Of a DNA stretch of 64,000 nucleotides, positions 9,898 through 19,273 are shown piece by piece. Location: assembly GCA_040751795.1 (NCBI GenBank), contig JBFMHR010000001.1, positions 337,357-401,356 of the forward strand. Direction: 5' to 3'. The position numbers and the translations under genes were made by a program. The notes under the pieces are model-generated. The model did not search any database. It was not told where the DNA came from and was given only the letters and a program-made list of their open reading frames with translations. Position 1 is the stretch's first letter; each line of letters begins with the position of its first letter. Source of the stretch: Thermoplasmatota archaeon. GTDB taxonomy: Archaea; Thermoplasmatota; Thermoplasmata; UBA10834.

Positions 9898-11127
9898 ATG
9901 GAGTGCGAGTTCCTGGGGGGCGGGCACGAGGTGGGCCGGCTCGGCCTCCTCATGAAGACGGACAAGGCGAGGCTGCTGTTCGACTACGGCATGTCAGCGA
10001 CGGACCCGCCGAAGTACCCTGCGCCAGCGCCGGCGGTCGACCTCATGTTCCTCACCCACTCGCACCTGGACCACTGCGGGATGATCCCGTGGGTCACCTC
10101 CAGGTACGACATCGACGTCACCGCCACCTCGACCACCAAGAAGGTCGCAGGGCTCCTCATGGAGGACAGCATCAAGGTCGCGGCCGCCGAGGGCTACCCC
10201 GAGATGTACGGCAAGACGGAGGTCAAGCAGGCCCTGGGCAGGTTCAACGAGGTGGAGTTCGGCGACACCCTCACCAAGCACTCGGTCCACGTGAGGATGC
10301 ACTCCGCCGGGCACATCCCCGGCGCGACGATGTACGAGGTGACGGGGAAGAGGACCACGCTCGTCACCGGCGACCTGCACACCCTCGACACGAGGCTGGT
10401 CTCGGGGGCCAAGCCGGTCAAGTGCGACAACCTGGTCATGGAGTCGACCTACTCCGGCAGGAACCACCCTGACAGGCTCAAGACCGAGTACGCCTTCCTC
10501 AAGAAGGTCCACGAGGTCGTCGCCAGGGGCGGGAAGGCCATCGTCCCGGCGTTCGCGGTCGGCAGGACCCAGGAGATCCTCCTCCTCCTCAAGGACAGCA
10601 AGCTCGACTACTGGCACGACGGCATGGGCAAGTCCGTCAACAAGCTGTACCTGGAGGAGCCGCAGCACCTCCGCTCCGCGAAGAGGCTGAGGCAGGCCGT
10701 CACCAGGGGCAGGGAGGTCAAGAACTTCCAGGCGCGGCAGAGGGCGCACGACGGCGAGGTCATTGTCACGACGAGCGGGATGCTGGACGGCGGCCCCGTC
10801 GTGAGCTACATAGAGCAGGCGAAGGACGACCCGAGGAGCGCCATCCTCCTCACGGGCTACCAGGTCGAGGGGTGCAACGGGAGGAAGCTGCTCGACACCG
10901 GCACGATGCAGTTCCACGGCGTGGTCGAGAAGGTCGAGTGCGAGGTCATGAAGTTCGACTTCTCCGCTCACGCGGGCCACGACGAGCTGGTGGCCTTCGC
11001 CAAGGGGTGCTCCCCGGAGAAGATCGTGCTCATGCACGGGGACAACCGCGAGCCGCTCGCCCTGAGCCTCAGGAAGGAGGGTTTCGAGGTCCTCCTACCC
11101 ATGAACGGCGAGAAGTTCGCGCTGTGA
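9898..11127 (+). CDS. beta-CASP ribonuclease (aCPSF2 / RNase J-like, MBL fold)
   Basis: HSHLDHCG MBL motif followed by the beta-CASP and C-terminal His motifs (MHGD). Confidence 0.85.
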   Translation: MECEFLGGGHEVGRLGLLMKTDKARLLFDYGMSATDPPKYPAPAPAVDLMFLTHSHLDHCGMIPWVTSRYDIDVTATSTTKKVAGLLMEDSIKVAAAEGYPEMYGKTEVKQALGRFNEVEFGDTLTKHSVHVRMHSAGHIPGATMYEVTGKRTTLVTGDLHTLDTRLVSGAKPVKCDNLVMESTYSGRNHPDRLKTEYAFLKKVHEVVARGGKAIVPAFAVGRTQEILLLLKDSKLDYWHDGMGKSVNKLYLEEPQHLRSAKRLRQAVTRGREVKNFQARQRAHDGEVIVTTSGMLDGGPVVSYIEQAKDDPRSAILLTGYQVEGCNGRKLLDTGTMQFHGVVEKVECEVMKFDFSAHAGHDELVAFAKGCSPEKIVLMHGDNREPLALSLRKEGFEVLLPMNGEKFAL

Positions 11128-11169
11128 CCCAGATACACTTATTAGGTCCGAGTCCGCTTTTGCGCGCGC

Positions 11170-11994
11170 ATGCGCCCGAAGATGCACGAATTCCTGGTAG
11201 AGGACATCGGCTCAGGCGACGTCACGTCCGAGCTCCTGGTCCCCGCGGAGATGAGGGCGAGGGGGAGCATAGCCGCCAAGCAGAGGTGCGTCCTCGCCGG
11301 CGCGGCGGAGGCGTGCGAGGTCTTCGAGGGGCTCGGCGCGAGCCCCGTCGCCAAGCGAAAGGACGGCTCGGCCGTGAAGAAGGGCGACGTCGTGATCACT
11401 GTCACCGGCCCGGCCAGGGCGCTCCTGGCGGGCGAGAGGCTGGCCCTGAACTTCATCATGAGGATGAGCGGCATCGCGACCGCCACGAACGACCTCGTCG
11501 GGAGGTGCAGGAAGGCGAACCCCGAGGTGAGGGTGGCTGCGACGAGGAAGACCGTCCCCGGCTTCAGGGAGTTCGAGAAGAGGGCGGTCGTGCTCGGGGG
11601 CGGGGACCCCCACAGGTTCGGCCTGGACGACGCGATACTGATCAAGGACAACCACATCCGCCTCGCGGGGGGCGTGGCCGAGGCCCTGAGGAGGGCGAGG
11701 GCCTCGAGCTTCACCAAGAAGGTCGAGATCGAGGTCGAGTGCGAGGAGGACGCCTTCGCGGCCCTGGAGGGGGGCGCCGACATAGTCATGCTGGACAACT
11801 TCGCCCCCGCGGCCGCGAGGAGGCTCTACGCTGAGCTGAAGGCGAGGTGCCCCGAGGTGGTCGTGGAGGTATCCGGGGGCATCACCCCGGACAACATCGA
11901 GGGCTACGCCAAGGCGGCGGACGTGATATCCGTCGGGTGGATCACGCACTCGGTGCGGGCGGCCGACTTCTCCATGACCATAGAACGGGCCTGA
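11170..11994 (+). CDS. nadC: nicotinate-nucleotide pyrophosphorylase (quinolinate phosphoribosyltransferase)
   Basis: Full-length similarity, including the LDNF and GGI conserved regions. Confidence 0.9.
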   Translation: MRPKMHEFLVEDIGSGDVTSELLVPAEMRARGSIAAKQRCVLAGAAEACEVFEGLGASPVAKRKDGSAVKKGDVVITVTGPARALLAGERLALNFIMRMSGIATATNDLVGRCRKANPEVRVAATRKTVPGFREFEKRAVVLGGGDPHRFGLDDAILIKDNHIRLAGGVAEALRRARASSFTKKVEIEVECEEDAFAALEGGADIVMLDNFAPAAARRLYAELKARCPEVVVEVSGGITPDNIEGYAKAADVISVGWITHSVRAADFSMTIERA

Positions 11995-12042
11995 GGGCCC
12001 ATCAGATATTTCTATCGGCCAGGCGCTCCGTGATGCGTTGAC

Positions 12043-12720
12043 ATGAGGGCGGAGCAGGCATGGGGCGCGTTCACGCTCGTCTTCGCGCTCGCAACCACCG
12101 CGGTCGCCGCGACCCTCTTCAGCCTGGGCCACGACCCGTACCTCGCGGCGTCGACGGCCGCGGTGGCGGTGATGGTCTACCTCTACGTCGTGTACAAGAG
12201 GTACCACATCGAGCTCGTGACGGAGGGGGACATAGCCCTCTTCACCGACCCGGACGACCTCGGGATACTCTGCGACATATACGGCCTCGGGAGCACCGGG
12301 AAGCCGGTGGTGGACAGGCAGAGGCTGAGGGGGTTCGTGCGGGCCCACCCCGACAGCGCCTTCGTGTGGGTCGCCCCGCGCCCCGTCAGCTCGGTCGGCT
12401 CCGCCCTCGCGATGCCCCAACAGCCGGCGGAGGAGGAGATGACGGTGCCGGCGATGATGAAGAAGCTCCTCTCCGACGAACCGTCCGAGGCCTCCCTGAC
12501 CGGCCCGCTCTTCGGAGGGGTGGAGAGGTCGAAGGCGAGGCTGGCGGCGCTTACCAGGTGCCCCGTGTGCGACTCCCCGACAGGGAGGTCCGGGGGGATA
12601 TGCCTCAGGTGCGGCGCCGACCTGGAGTTCTACTCGGTCCTCGCCGGGTCCAGGGTCGGGAGGAGGCTCATATCGCGGAAGACGGGGGCGAGGGTGCGGA
12701 AGCTTAGATATCCGAGGTAG
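12043..12720 (+). CDS. hypothetical membrane protein with C-terminal zinc ribbon
   Basis: Two N-terminal TM helices and CPVCDSPTGRSGGICLRCG. Confidence 0.5.
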   Translation: MRAEQAWGAFTLVFALATTAVAATLFSLGHDPYLAASTAAVAVMVYLYVVYKRYHIELVTEGDIALFTDPDDLGILCDIYGLGSTGKPVVDRQRLRGFVRAHPDSAFVWVAPRPVSSVGSALAMPQQPAEEEMTVPAMMKKLLSDEPSEASLTGPLFGGVERSKARLAALTRCPVCDSPTGRSGGICLRCGADLEFYSVLAGSRVGRRLISRKTGARVRKLRYPR

Positions 12721-12746
12721 CCGATGCCCCGGCACCGGGTGACGAC

Positions 12747-12917
12747 ATGAAGGAAGGGGAGAGGTGCGAGATCTGCGGCAAGCCCGCGACCAGGTTCCTG
12801 TTCGCGTCGTTCCTGTGCGACGACGAGGAGTGCATCCAGAAGGCGAGGGAGCGGAGGGGCGGCCCCGGCGGCCACCAGAAGCAGAAGATGTTCGGATGGG
12901 CGCCCAGGGAGGAGTAG
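12747..12917 (+). CDS. small zinc-ribbon protein (56 aa)
   Basis: ATG at 12747, TAG at 12915. Protein reads MKEGERCEICGKPATRFLFASFLCDDEECIQKARERRG... with CxxC...CxxxC. Below the ORF-track size cutoff. Confidence 0.4.
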   Translation: MKEGERCEICGKPATRFLFASFLCDDEECIQKARERRGGPGGHQKQKMFGWAPREE

Positions 12918-12957
12918 CCCGGCAAGTATTTTCACCCGTCCGCGTTTCCGGTGCCAC

Positions 12958-14124
12958 ATGACGAGGCGCGCGTTCGCAGGGCTCTTCATCATCGAGGTCC
13001 TGCTCGCGTTCGGCAACACCTTCGCAGGGTCGTTCAACATCGTCTACCTGTACAACGAGATGGACATGCCCCTATGGGCGGGGCCCACATACCTCTGCAT
13101 CGGCTTCGGAATAGCCATCCTCGTCAGCCTCTGGATGTCCTGGAGGCCGCGCATGGACCCGAGGAACGCGATGGTCTTCGGGCTCGCGTGCCTGATAGTC
13201 GAGTACTCCGCGTTCCTGCTGCTGGACGACGGATGGGTGATCGGGGCGGTGGTCGGCGTGGCGTTCGGCCTCTTCTACCCGTTCTTCTGGACGCCGTTCA
13301 ACATACTCATGGCGCAGATGACCCAGAAGAACGACAGGGGGGTCAAGTACGGGGTGTTCTTCTTCGTCTGGCCCCTGGCGGCGTTCTTCGCGCCGTTCCT
13401 GGGCGGGCTCGTCATCGGCTTCATCAACTACATGGCGCTCTTCGCCATCGGGATAGGGATCATAGTCGCGACGGCGGTCACCATAGTCGCGTACAGGGAC
13501 TACATCCCCAAGGACCAGGTCATGCGCATCAGGCTCGGCGCGATAGGGAGGAGGAACGTCGTCGCCCTCCTCGGGGAGGGCGGGTTCGAGGGGGTCTTCT
13601 GGGTGGACGTCACCCTCGTCGCCTACACCTTCTCACAGGACGAGGTCTCCCTCGGGGTGCTCTTCTCGCTCTTCGGCCTCAGCGCCGGGATAATGGGCAT
13701 CATACTCGGGAAGCTCTCTGACAGGATCCAGAACCGGGGCCTCTTCCTGAAGCTGAGCGCGCTGGGCTCCATCCCCTGCATCGTCCTCATCTGGATGTCC
13801 GGGACCCTGGAGGAGTACGCCCTCACCAACGGCCTCCTCGAGTTCGCGTCGTTCGTCCTCCCGGTCTTCCTCTTCGCCATCCTGACTGACAAGCTGGAGG
13901 AGGAGAAGAACGACTCTGTGGTCACGAGGGAGTACCTCCTCGACATGGGGAGGGCCGCGTCGATAGCGGCGCTCATAGCGCTCCTCTACCTCGGGGCGAC
14001 GCCCCAGGAGTGCTTCCTCCTGGCGATACCGTTCCTGGTGATGGTCCTGGTGGCGCACGAGCCCGGGAAGGAGGGGCTCGCGGCCGCGGCGAAGCGGCTG
14101 CTCCGCCTCAGAACGAGGACCTGA
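12958..14124 (+). CDS. MFS-type transporter
   Basis: About 12 hydrophobic helices and MFS-like loop motifs. Confidence 0.7.
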   Translation: MTRRAFAGLFIIEVLLAFGNTFAGSFNIVYLYNEMDMPLWAGPTYLCIGFGIAILVSLWMSWRPRMDPRNAMVFGLACLIVEYSAFLLLDDGWVIGAVVGVAFGLFYPFFWTPFNILMAQMTQKNDRGVKYGVFFFVWPLAAFFAPFLGGLVIGFINYMALFAIGIGIIVATAVTIVAYRDYIPKDQVMRIRLGAIGRRNVVALLGEGGFEGVFWVDVTLVAYTFSQDEVSLGVLFSLFGLSAGIMGIILGKLSDRIQNRGLFLKLSALGSIPCIVLIWMSGTLEEYALTNGLLEFASFVLPVFLFAILTDKLEEEKNDSVVTREYLLDMGRAASIAALIALLYLGATPQECFLLAIPFLVMVLVAHEPGKEGLAAAAKRLLRLRTRT

Positions 14125-15322
14125 GCAGCTCCATCAGGTCCGTCATCCTCAGCTTCGATCCCTTGGCGTCGATGGACGCCCTGAGGCTCTGGTAGCAGAA
14201 CGGGCACGAGGTGGTCAGTATGTCCGCGCCGGCCCTCTCCGCGTCCTCGACCCTCATCATCGAGATCTTGGACGCGAGGTCCGGGAACGCCGTCTTGACG
14301 CCTCCGCCCGCGCCGCAGCACCTCGCCTCCTCCCTGTTCCTCTCCATCTCGACAAGCTTGAGGCCGGGCACCGACTGGAGTATCCTCCTCGGCTCGTCGT
14401 AGAGGAGGTTGTGCCTGCCGAGGTGGCACGGGTCGTGGAATGTCACCGTGCCCTCGACCCTCTTCGTCGGCGCGAGCCTCCCCGACCTGAGCAGTTCGTC
14501 GACGAACGTGGTGATGTGCACGACCTTCGCGGGAAGCTTCCCCACCTTGGGGTAGTCCTGCCTGAGGGTCTTGTAGCAGCCCGCGCAGCTGGTGAGTATC
14601 ACGGACGGCGCCGCCCTCTCGAACCTCTCGATGTTCCTCTCGGCCATGCCCCTGGCCTGCTCGAGCAGGCCGGTCCTCAGGAGCGTCGAGCCGCAGCACC
14701 CCTCGTCGTTCCCGAGGGTCCCGAAGTCCACGCCAGCCTTCGACAGCACCGTGGCTGTGTCGAGGGCCATGCTCTTGATGTTGGGGTCGTACGCGGCGGT
14801 GCAGCCCACGAAGTACAGGACGTCGCAGTGCTCCTTGAGGGCGTCCTTGACCTTGACGTCCTTGTCCAGCTTCCTCGCCCACCTCGAGCGCTGTGTCCTC
14901 GGCTGCATCCAGGGGTTGTCGTAGTTCTCGATGCTCTTGACTATCTGCTGGTGCTCCGGCATCGGGCCGACGCCGTTCGCCACCAGGAACTCGCGCATGT
15001 TCTCCCACATCGCTATGGTGTCGAGGTGCGCCGGGCACACGGTCTTGCACTGGCCGCATATGGTGCACTCGTAGGCGCGGGAGGACAGCTCCTTCATCGC
15101 GCCCTCCGGGAGCTCCCTGGGACCGAGGAGGAGCGACCTCAACCCGTACTGGGACTTGTAGAGTTCCTTCAGCCGGAGTATCTTCCCCCGGGGCGTGACC
15201 ATCTCGACGTCCTGCGCCTCGCCCCCGGTCGGGCATGTTGCGGTGCACTCGCCGCAGCGGGTGCACGCGTCGAACCGCATCAGGGAGGCTACGTCCAGTT
15301 TGGAGATGTCGAGCCTCCTCAC
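14108..15322 (-). CDS. HdrD-like Fe-S oxidoreductase (two 4Fe-4S ferredoxin motifs plus two CCG domains)
   Basis: CxxCxxCxxxCP motif x2 (CTRCGECTATCP, CTICGQCKTVCP) and CCG motifs (FVGCTAA..., RCCGAGG). GTG start. Confidence 0.85.
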   Translation of the reverse strand: MRRLDISKLDVASLMRFDACTRCGECTATCPTGGEAQDVEMVTPRGKILRLKELYKSQYGLRSLLLGPRELPEGAMKELSSRAYECTICGQCKTVCPAHLDTIAMWENMREFLVANGVGPMPEHQQIVKSIENYDNPWMQPRTQRSRWARKLDKDVKVKDALKEHCDVLYFVGCTAAYDPNIKSMALDTATVLSKAGVDFGTLGNDEGCCGSTLLRTGLLEQARGMAERNIERFERAAPSVILTSCAGCYKTLRQDYPKVGKLPAKVVHITTFVDELLRSGRLAPTKRVEGTVTFHDPCHLGRHNLLYDEPRRILQSVPGLKLVEMERNREEARCCGAGGGVKTAFPDLASKISMMRVEDAERAGADILTTSCPFCYQSLRASIDAKGSKLRMTDLMELLRSSF

Positions 15323-16230
15323 GCTCCCCCCTCCTCGGACATGAGGCCCTCAAGCTCCATCGCTATCGGGGTGGCGATCATGTGGAACAGCTTGCTGAAC
15401 GGGATGTAGGCGATGAGGAGGGCGCTCATGACGCCGTGGACGAGCCATGCGGCGTCGTACCAGTCGCCCGAGGAGGCCGGGAGCGCCAGGGATATCGCAT
15501 ACCCGACGAACGAGTACTCGACGTCCTGGGTGTGCCCCGGGATGCCTCCAGCGATGCCCATGCCCTCTAGGACGAAGCCGCCCAGGACGACGGCGAGCAG
15601 GAACACGATCGAGGCCGCGTCGGGCAGCTCGGTCCGGACGATCTTGGGCCTGAGCGCGAACCTGCGGACCGCGGCGATGCTGAGCCCGACCAGCATCATC
15701 GCGCCCGCGACCTCGAATCCGATGTCGCGGAAGAGGAGCTTGGCCCAGCCACCCTCCTCTATCATGGGACCGTACCCGAGTATGTCCATCGAGAGGGTGA
15801 CGAGGAGGTCGAGCGCGAACATCAGGAGGAAGCCGCCGAGGATCATCAGGTGCATGAACCACCTGGAGATGCTCCGGCCCTTCAGCTTGGAGAGGTAGAG
15901 GGCGTCACGGGCGAGGACGCCGAGCGCCCTTGCGAACATCCTGCTCGCGAGGAGCCTGGCCGCCCTCCAGACTAGCCTGACCAGCCGCCCCTCAGGGCTG
16001 CCGACGAGGCCCTTGCCCCGCATCCAGAGGAGCATGTTGTAAAGGGTGCCCAGGAGGAAGACCGCGGTGCAAACGACGATGGTGACAAGGAACAGCGACA
16101 GGTAGGCCCTGTCGCGCACGTAGACCGTGTCGTACGGGAGCACCAGTATGACGGCGGAGATGAGCAGGACGGCCGCGAAGAACGGAACGTAGAGCCGCGC
16201 CCTCTCGCTCAGGTACCCGCCCTCAGGCAT
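15319..16230 (-). CDS. NarI-family cytochrome b membrane subunit (HdrE-like)
   Basis: 303 aa with five TM segments and conserved His residues. The true start, MPEGGYLSE, lies ~25 nt downstream of a ttttata element. The ORF track extends it spuriously to 17073. Its stop overlaps the HdrD-like start by 4 nt. Confidence 0.75.
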   Translation of the reverse strand: MPEGGYLSERARLYVPFFAAVLLISAVILVLPYDTVYVRDRAYLSLFLVTIVVCTAVFLLGTLYNMLLWMRGKGLVGSPEGRLVRLVWRAARLLASRMFARALGVLARDALYLSKLKGRSISRWFMHLMILGGFLLMFALDLLVTLSMDILGYGPMIEEGGWAKLLFRDIGFEVAGAMMLVGLSIAAVRRFALRPKIVRTELPDAASIVFLLAVVLGGFVLEGMGIAGGIPGHTQDVEYSFVGYAISLALPASSGDWYDAAWLVHGVMSALLIAYIPFSKLFHMIATPIAMELEGLMSEEGGA

Positions 16231-16262
16231 GGGTGCTCGAATGATGATGGCCGAGTATAAAA

Positions 16263-17333
16263 TCATCCCCTCAGCGCCCTGAAGTGGCTGTTGGCGCAGA
16301 GCCTGGCGGCCTCGACGAGCAAACCCGGCGCGGAGTCGGTGTCCGCAGCCATTGCAGGCCCCTGGGAGAGCAGCTCCTCCCTCGCCCTGTCGAGGAGTTC
16401 GGCGACATGCCGGGCCTCGTCCCGCCCGAGCGACGACCTCCTCTTCCCCACCGCGCCCGCCAGCTCCAGCATCCTCCCGCCGTCCCAGAGCTTCGCGCCT
16501 ACCAGGAACGACTCGCGCTCCATGCCGAGGACCGCGACCTTCAGGTCGGCCAGCGGCCTGTCGAGCTCCGAGGCGGCTCCGCCGCGCTGCGACGGCGCAG
16601 GCCGGGGCCTGTTGACGCATGGGACCTGGATGATGCGGGTCAGGAAGCCGTTCGCCTCCGGGTAGTCCGGGTGCTCCAGGTGCGGGCCTGCCAGGACCAT
16701 CGTGCCGTCCCCGACGCGGCAGGAGACGACCGCGGGCGCGCCCATGACCATCTCCTCGGCCCTCCTGCGGTCGGTCTGGAGAATCGTCCTCTGAGTGAAC
16801 GACATGTACCTCAACACGACCCGGTCGTCCTCCGGCTCCTTGAACACCGGACCTCCGTAGACGGGGGCCCTGAAGGCCCCGGCCCCGTCCCCGACCTCCA
16901 CCTCGCCCCTGAACGGGTGGATGATGCTGCACGAACCGTACCTGACCCCCTCCCTCGGGGAGTGCGCGGGGACCTCGCCGAGCTCCCCGATGTTCCTGAT
17001 CCTGGTCGATGAGAGGTTGAACCTGTCGAACGGCTCCATCCTGGAGGGGAGGGGGAGGTACGCGCCCGCGCACGCGCCTAGATACATACCACCCTGCCTC
17101 ACGTGCCTCTCGATGGCTTTGAACGCGCGCGGCGCGAGGGCGGCCGCGATCTCGAACCCGTCGCCCCCCGACACGACCACCAGGGACGCCCCGTCCCCGA
17201 TCCCCCTGACCAGGCCCTCGGCGTCAACGAACTCGCAGTCGGACGCGCCTCGGGCCTCGAGCAGGTCCGCCGTCCACGTCCACGAGTGGGACGAGCCCCT
17301 GCCGGCGTAGACCAGGATCCTCCCGGGGAGCAT
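16263..17333 (-). CDS. hypothetical protein with class I glutamine amidotransferase-like (BPL_N-like) domain
   Basis: 356 aa. LVYAGRGSSHSW...VVSGGDGFEIAAAL resembles the BPL N-terminal/GATase1-like fold. Confidence 0.55.
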   Translation of the reverse strand: MLPGRILVYAGRGSSHSWTWTADLLEARGASDCEFVDAEGLVRGIGDGASLVVVSGGDGFEIAAALAPRAFKAIERHVRQGGMYLGACAGAYLPLPSRMEPFDRFNLSSTRIRNIGELGEVPAHSPREGVRYGSCSIIHPFRGEVEVGDGAGAFRAPVYGGPVFKEPEDDRVVLRYMSFTQRTILQTDRRRAEEMVMGAPAVVSCRVGDGTMVLAGPHLEHPDYPEANGFLTRIIQVPCVNRPRPAPSQRGGAASELDRPLADLKVAVLGMERESFLVGAKLWDGGRMLELAGAVGKRRSSLGRDEARHVAELLDRAREELLSQGPAMAADTDSAPGLLVEAARLCANSHFRALRG

Positions 17334-17410
17334 CGACCACGGTCAACGGCGACGGCACGCATAAAACTAGCCCGTCCGGTTGCTGGCTCTGACGGGAAGG
17401 TATAGAAAGG

Positions 17411-17420
17411 GTTATAGAAC
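17411..17420 (+). promoter_or_regulatory. TATA-like element (gttatagaac) about 30 nt upstream of tRNA-Val
   Basis: AT-rich hexamer at the spacing expected for an archaeal TATA box. Confidence 0.35.
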
Positions 17421-17446
17421 CCCTTGCCTTATCTCGCCCCCTACAA

Positions 17447-17522
17447 GGGCCCATGGTCTAGTGGCTATGACATCTGCTTGACATGCAGAAGATCGCCGGT
17501 CCGAATCCGGCTGGGCCCACCA
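17447..17522 (+). tRNA. tRNA-Val(GAC): tRNA-Val (anticodon GAC), CCA encoded
   Basis: Hand-folded cloverleaf. Acceptor GGGCCCA/TGGGCCC, anticodon stem TCTGC/GCAGA with loop TTGACAT, T arm GCCGG-TTCGAAT-like-CCGGC, discriminator A, then CCA. Confidence 0.9.
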
Positions 17523-17614
17523 CCTCTTCTCCCGGATACGCCATCACGTCGGGCCGCCGCGGAGCGGGGCCACTGCGGCCGCGGGAAGCGGAGGATGGTC
17601 GGTCCCTCTGCGCG

Positions 17615-18067
17615 TCAGAACGTCATGATCACGCCGAATATCACCATGAGCGATATGAGGGGGATGATGACGCCCACGACCACGCCTATTATGAGGCATG
17701 TCCTCCCGACGCGCTTGTAGTCGGGCTCCGGCTTCATCATGAATATGATCCCGATGACGATGCCCGCGAGGGGGACCAGCACGGAGAGCACGTACAGCAG
17801 TATGCGCATCGTGTCGCTCATGGTCTCCGGCCGCATCGCCTGCTGGGTGGACCACCTGAAGTCGTGCCCGCAGTACGGGCAAACGTAGGCATCGAACGGG
17901 ATCGTGCGCCCGCACGATGTGCAGAACCTCGGCCCGGAGGCGGGGGGCGGCGCCTGGGCGGGGATGCCCTTCCAGCCCGGCTCGGCCCTCGGGAGCTCCC
18001 TGGAGCAGCTGCTGCAGTAGTACGAGTAGTCGAGGTTCTCCGACCCACAGTTAGGGCACTTGACCAT
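17615..18067 (-). CDS. double zinc-ribbon membrane protein
   Basis: MVKCPNCGSENLDYSYYCSSCSRE plus FCTSCGRTIPFDAYVCPYCGHDF, then two C-terminal TM helices. True start is M41 of the ORF. Confidence 0.6.
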   Translation of the reverse strand: MVKCPNCGSENLDYSYYCSSCSRELPRAEPGWKGIPAQAPPPASGPRFCTSCGRTIPFDAYVCPYCGHDFRWSTQQAMRPETMSDTMRILLYVLSVLVPLAGIVIGIIFMMKPEPDYKRVGRTCLIIGVVVGVIIPLISLMVIFGVIMTF

Positions 18068-18200
18068 CGCCTTTCCCCGGACTGCGACGGGCCGGGACGG
18101 GCTTAAACCTATGCGTGGCCTCCCCGCGCCCCCGTCAACCGAAGCCTCTAAAACCGATGACCGCCCATCCGGTGCCGCGAGAACCACAGGTGGGGACCTG

Positions 18201-18737
18201 ATGACGTGGCTCTCTGACTGCTACAGCAAGCCCCCTCCGACGACGCTGACGGTAGGGGGCACCGAGGTGGGCATCGCCGGGCTCGAGGAGATCATGGAGG
18301 CGGCGCTCCAGAGGATGGACCGCCCCGACGAGGAGGTCAAGGACCTCCTCATGGACGAGCTGAGGGCGCGCAACTACGTCCCGTCCTCCGTCAGGGAGGA
18401 GTACAGGCAGGTCCTGTGGGCCGAGTACAGGAAGCTCAGGGTGCGCAGGAGGGACGAGGTCGAGGAGAGCTACAAGGGGATACCCAGGGAGGAGGTCCCG
18501 TGGTTCCCCAGGGTGGACAAGTCAAGGTGCGAGGGGTGCAGCTCCTGCGTCGAGTTCTGCTCGCAGAAGGTCTTCGAGTTCTTCGACGGGAAGTCGCAGG
18601 TGGTGAGGCCCAACAACTGCCTCGTGGGCAAGTCGAGCTGCAAGGCGTTCTGCCCGGACGGGGCGATCTCGTTCCCCACGAGGAACGAGCTGAGGGAGGC
18701 GCTGGGGAGGCTCAGGGCCGGCCGGGGCATCGAGTGA
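18201..18737 (+). CDS. 4Fe-4S ferredoxin-domain protein
   Basis: CEGCSSCVEFC ... CKAFCP cysteine motifs. Probable start at MTWLSDCYSK. Confidence 0.5.
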   Translation: MTWLSDCYSKPPPTTLTVGGTEVGIAGLEEIMEAALQRMDRPDEEVKDLLMDELRARNYVPSSVREEYRQVLWAEYRKLRVRRRDEVEESYKGIPREEVPWFPRVDKSRCEGCSSCVEFCSQKVFEFFDGKSQVVRPNNCLVGKSSCKAFCPDGAISFPTRNELREALGRLRAGRGIE

Positions 18738-18758
18738 GCCGGATACGGCGCAACGGTT

Positions 18759-19268
18759 ATGCCCTCCGCCGACGACGTGCGCCGCATGACGGAGAAGGCC
18801 GTCTTCGCGGCGGGCTGCTTCTGGGGCGTCGAGGCGTCGTTCATGAGGGTCAGGGGCGTCGTCTCCACCAGGGTGGGCTACACCGGGGGGAGGACGCGGG
18901 ACCCGACCTACGAGGACGTGTGCACCGACACAACCGGCCACGCCGAGGCGGTCGAGGTCGAGTTCGACCCCGCGGTCGTCTCGTACGGGCAGCTCCTGGA
19001 CGTGTTCTGGGGCATCCACGACCCGACCACCCTGAACAGGCAGGGCCCCGACAGGGGGACCCAGTACCGCTCGGCAATATTCCACATGTCGGAGCAGCAG
19101 AGGACCGAGGCGGAGGCTTCCAGGGACCGGCTCCAGGCGTCGGGGAGGCTGGGCAGGGCGAAGGCGGTCACGGAGATCGTCCCTGCCGGCACCTTCTACG
19201 AGGCCGAGGGGTACCACCAGAGGTACTTCGAGAAGCGCGGGGGCGGCGGCTGCAGGCTCTGCCGCTGA
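18759..19268 (+). CDS. msrA: peptide methionine sulfoxide reductase MsrA
   Basis: GCFWG active-site motif and full-length similarity. Confidence 0.9.
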   Translation: MPSADDVRRMTEKAVFAAGCFWGVEASFMRVRGVVSTRVGYTGGRTRDPTYEDVCTDTTGHAEAVEVEFDPAVVSYGQLLDVFWGIHDPTTLNRQGPDRGTQYRSAIFHMSEQQRTEAEASRDRLQASGRLGRAKAVTEIVPAGTFYEAEGYHQRYFEKRGGGGCRLCR

Positions 19269-19273
19269 CGCGC

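Noticed and set aside
16231-17073. N-terminal 280 aa of the 584-aa ORF 15319-17073
   Set aside because: Gly/Arg-rich and overlaps the GATase1-like gene on the same strand in another frame. The real NarI-like protein starts at 16230 after a TATA-like element.
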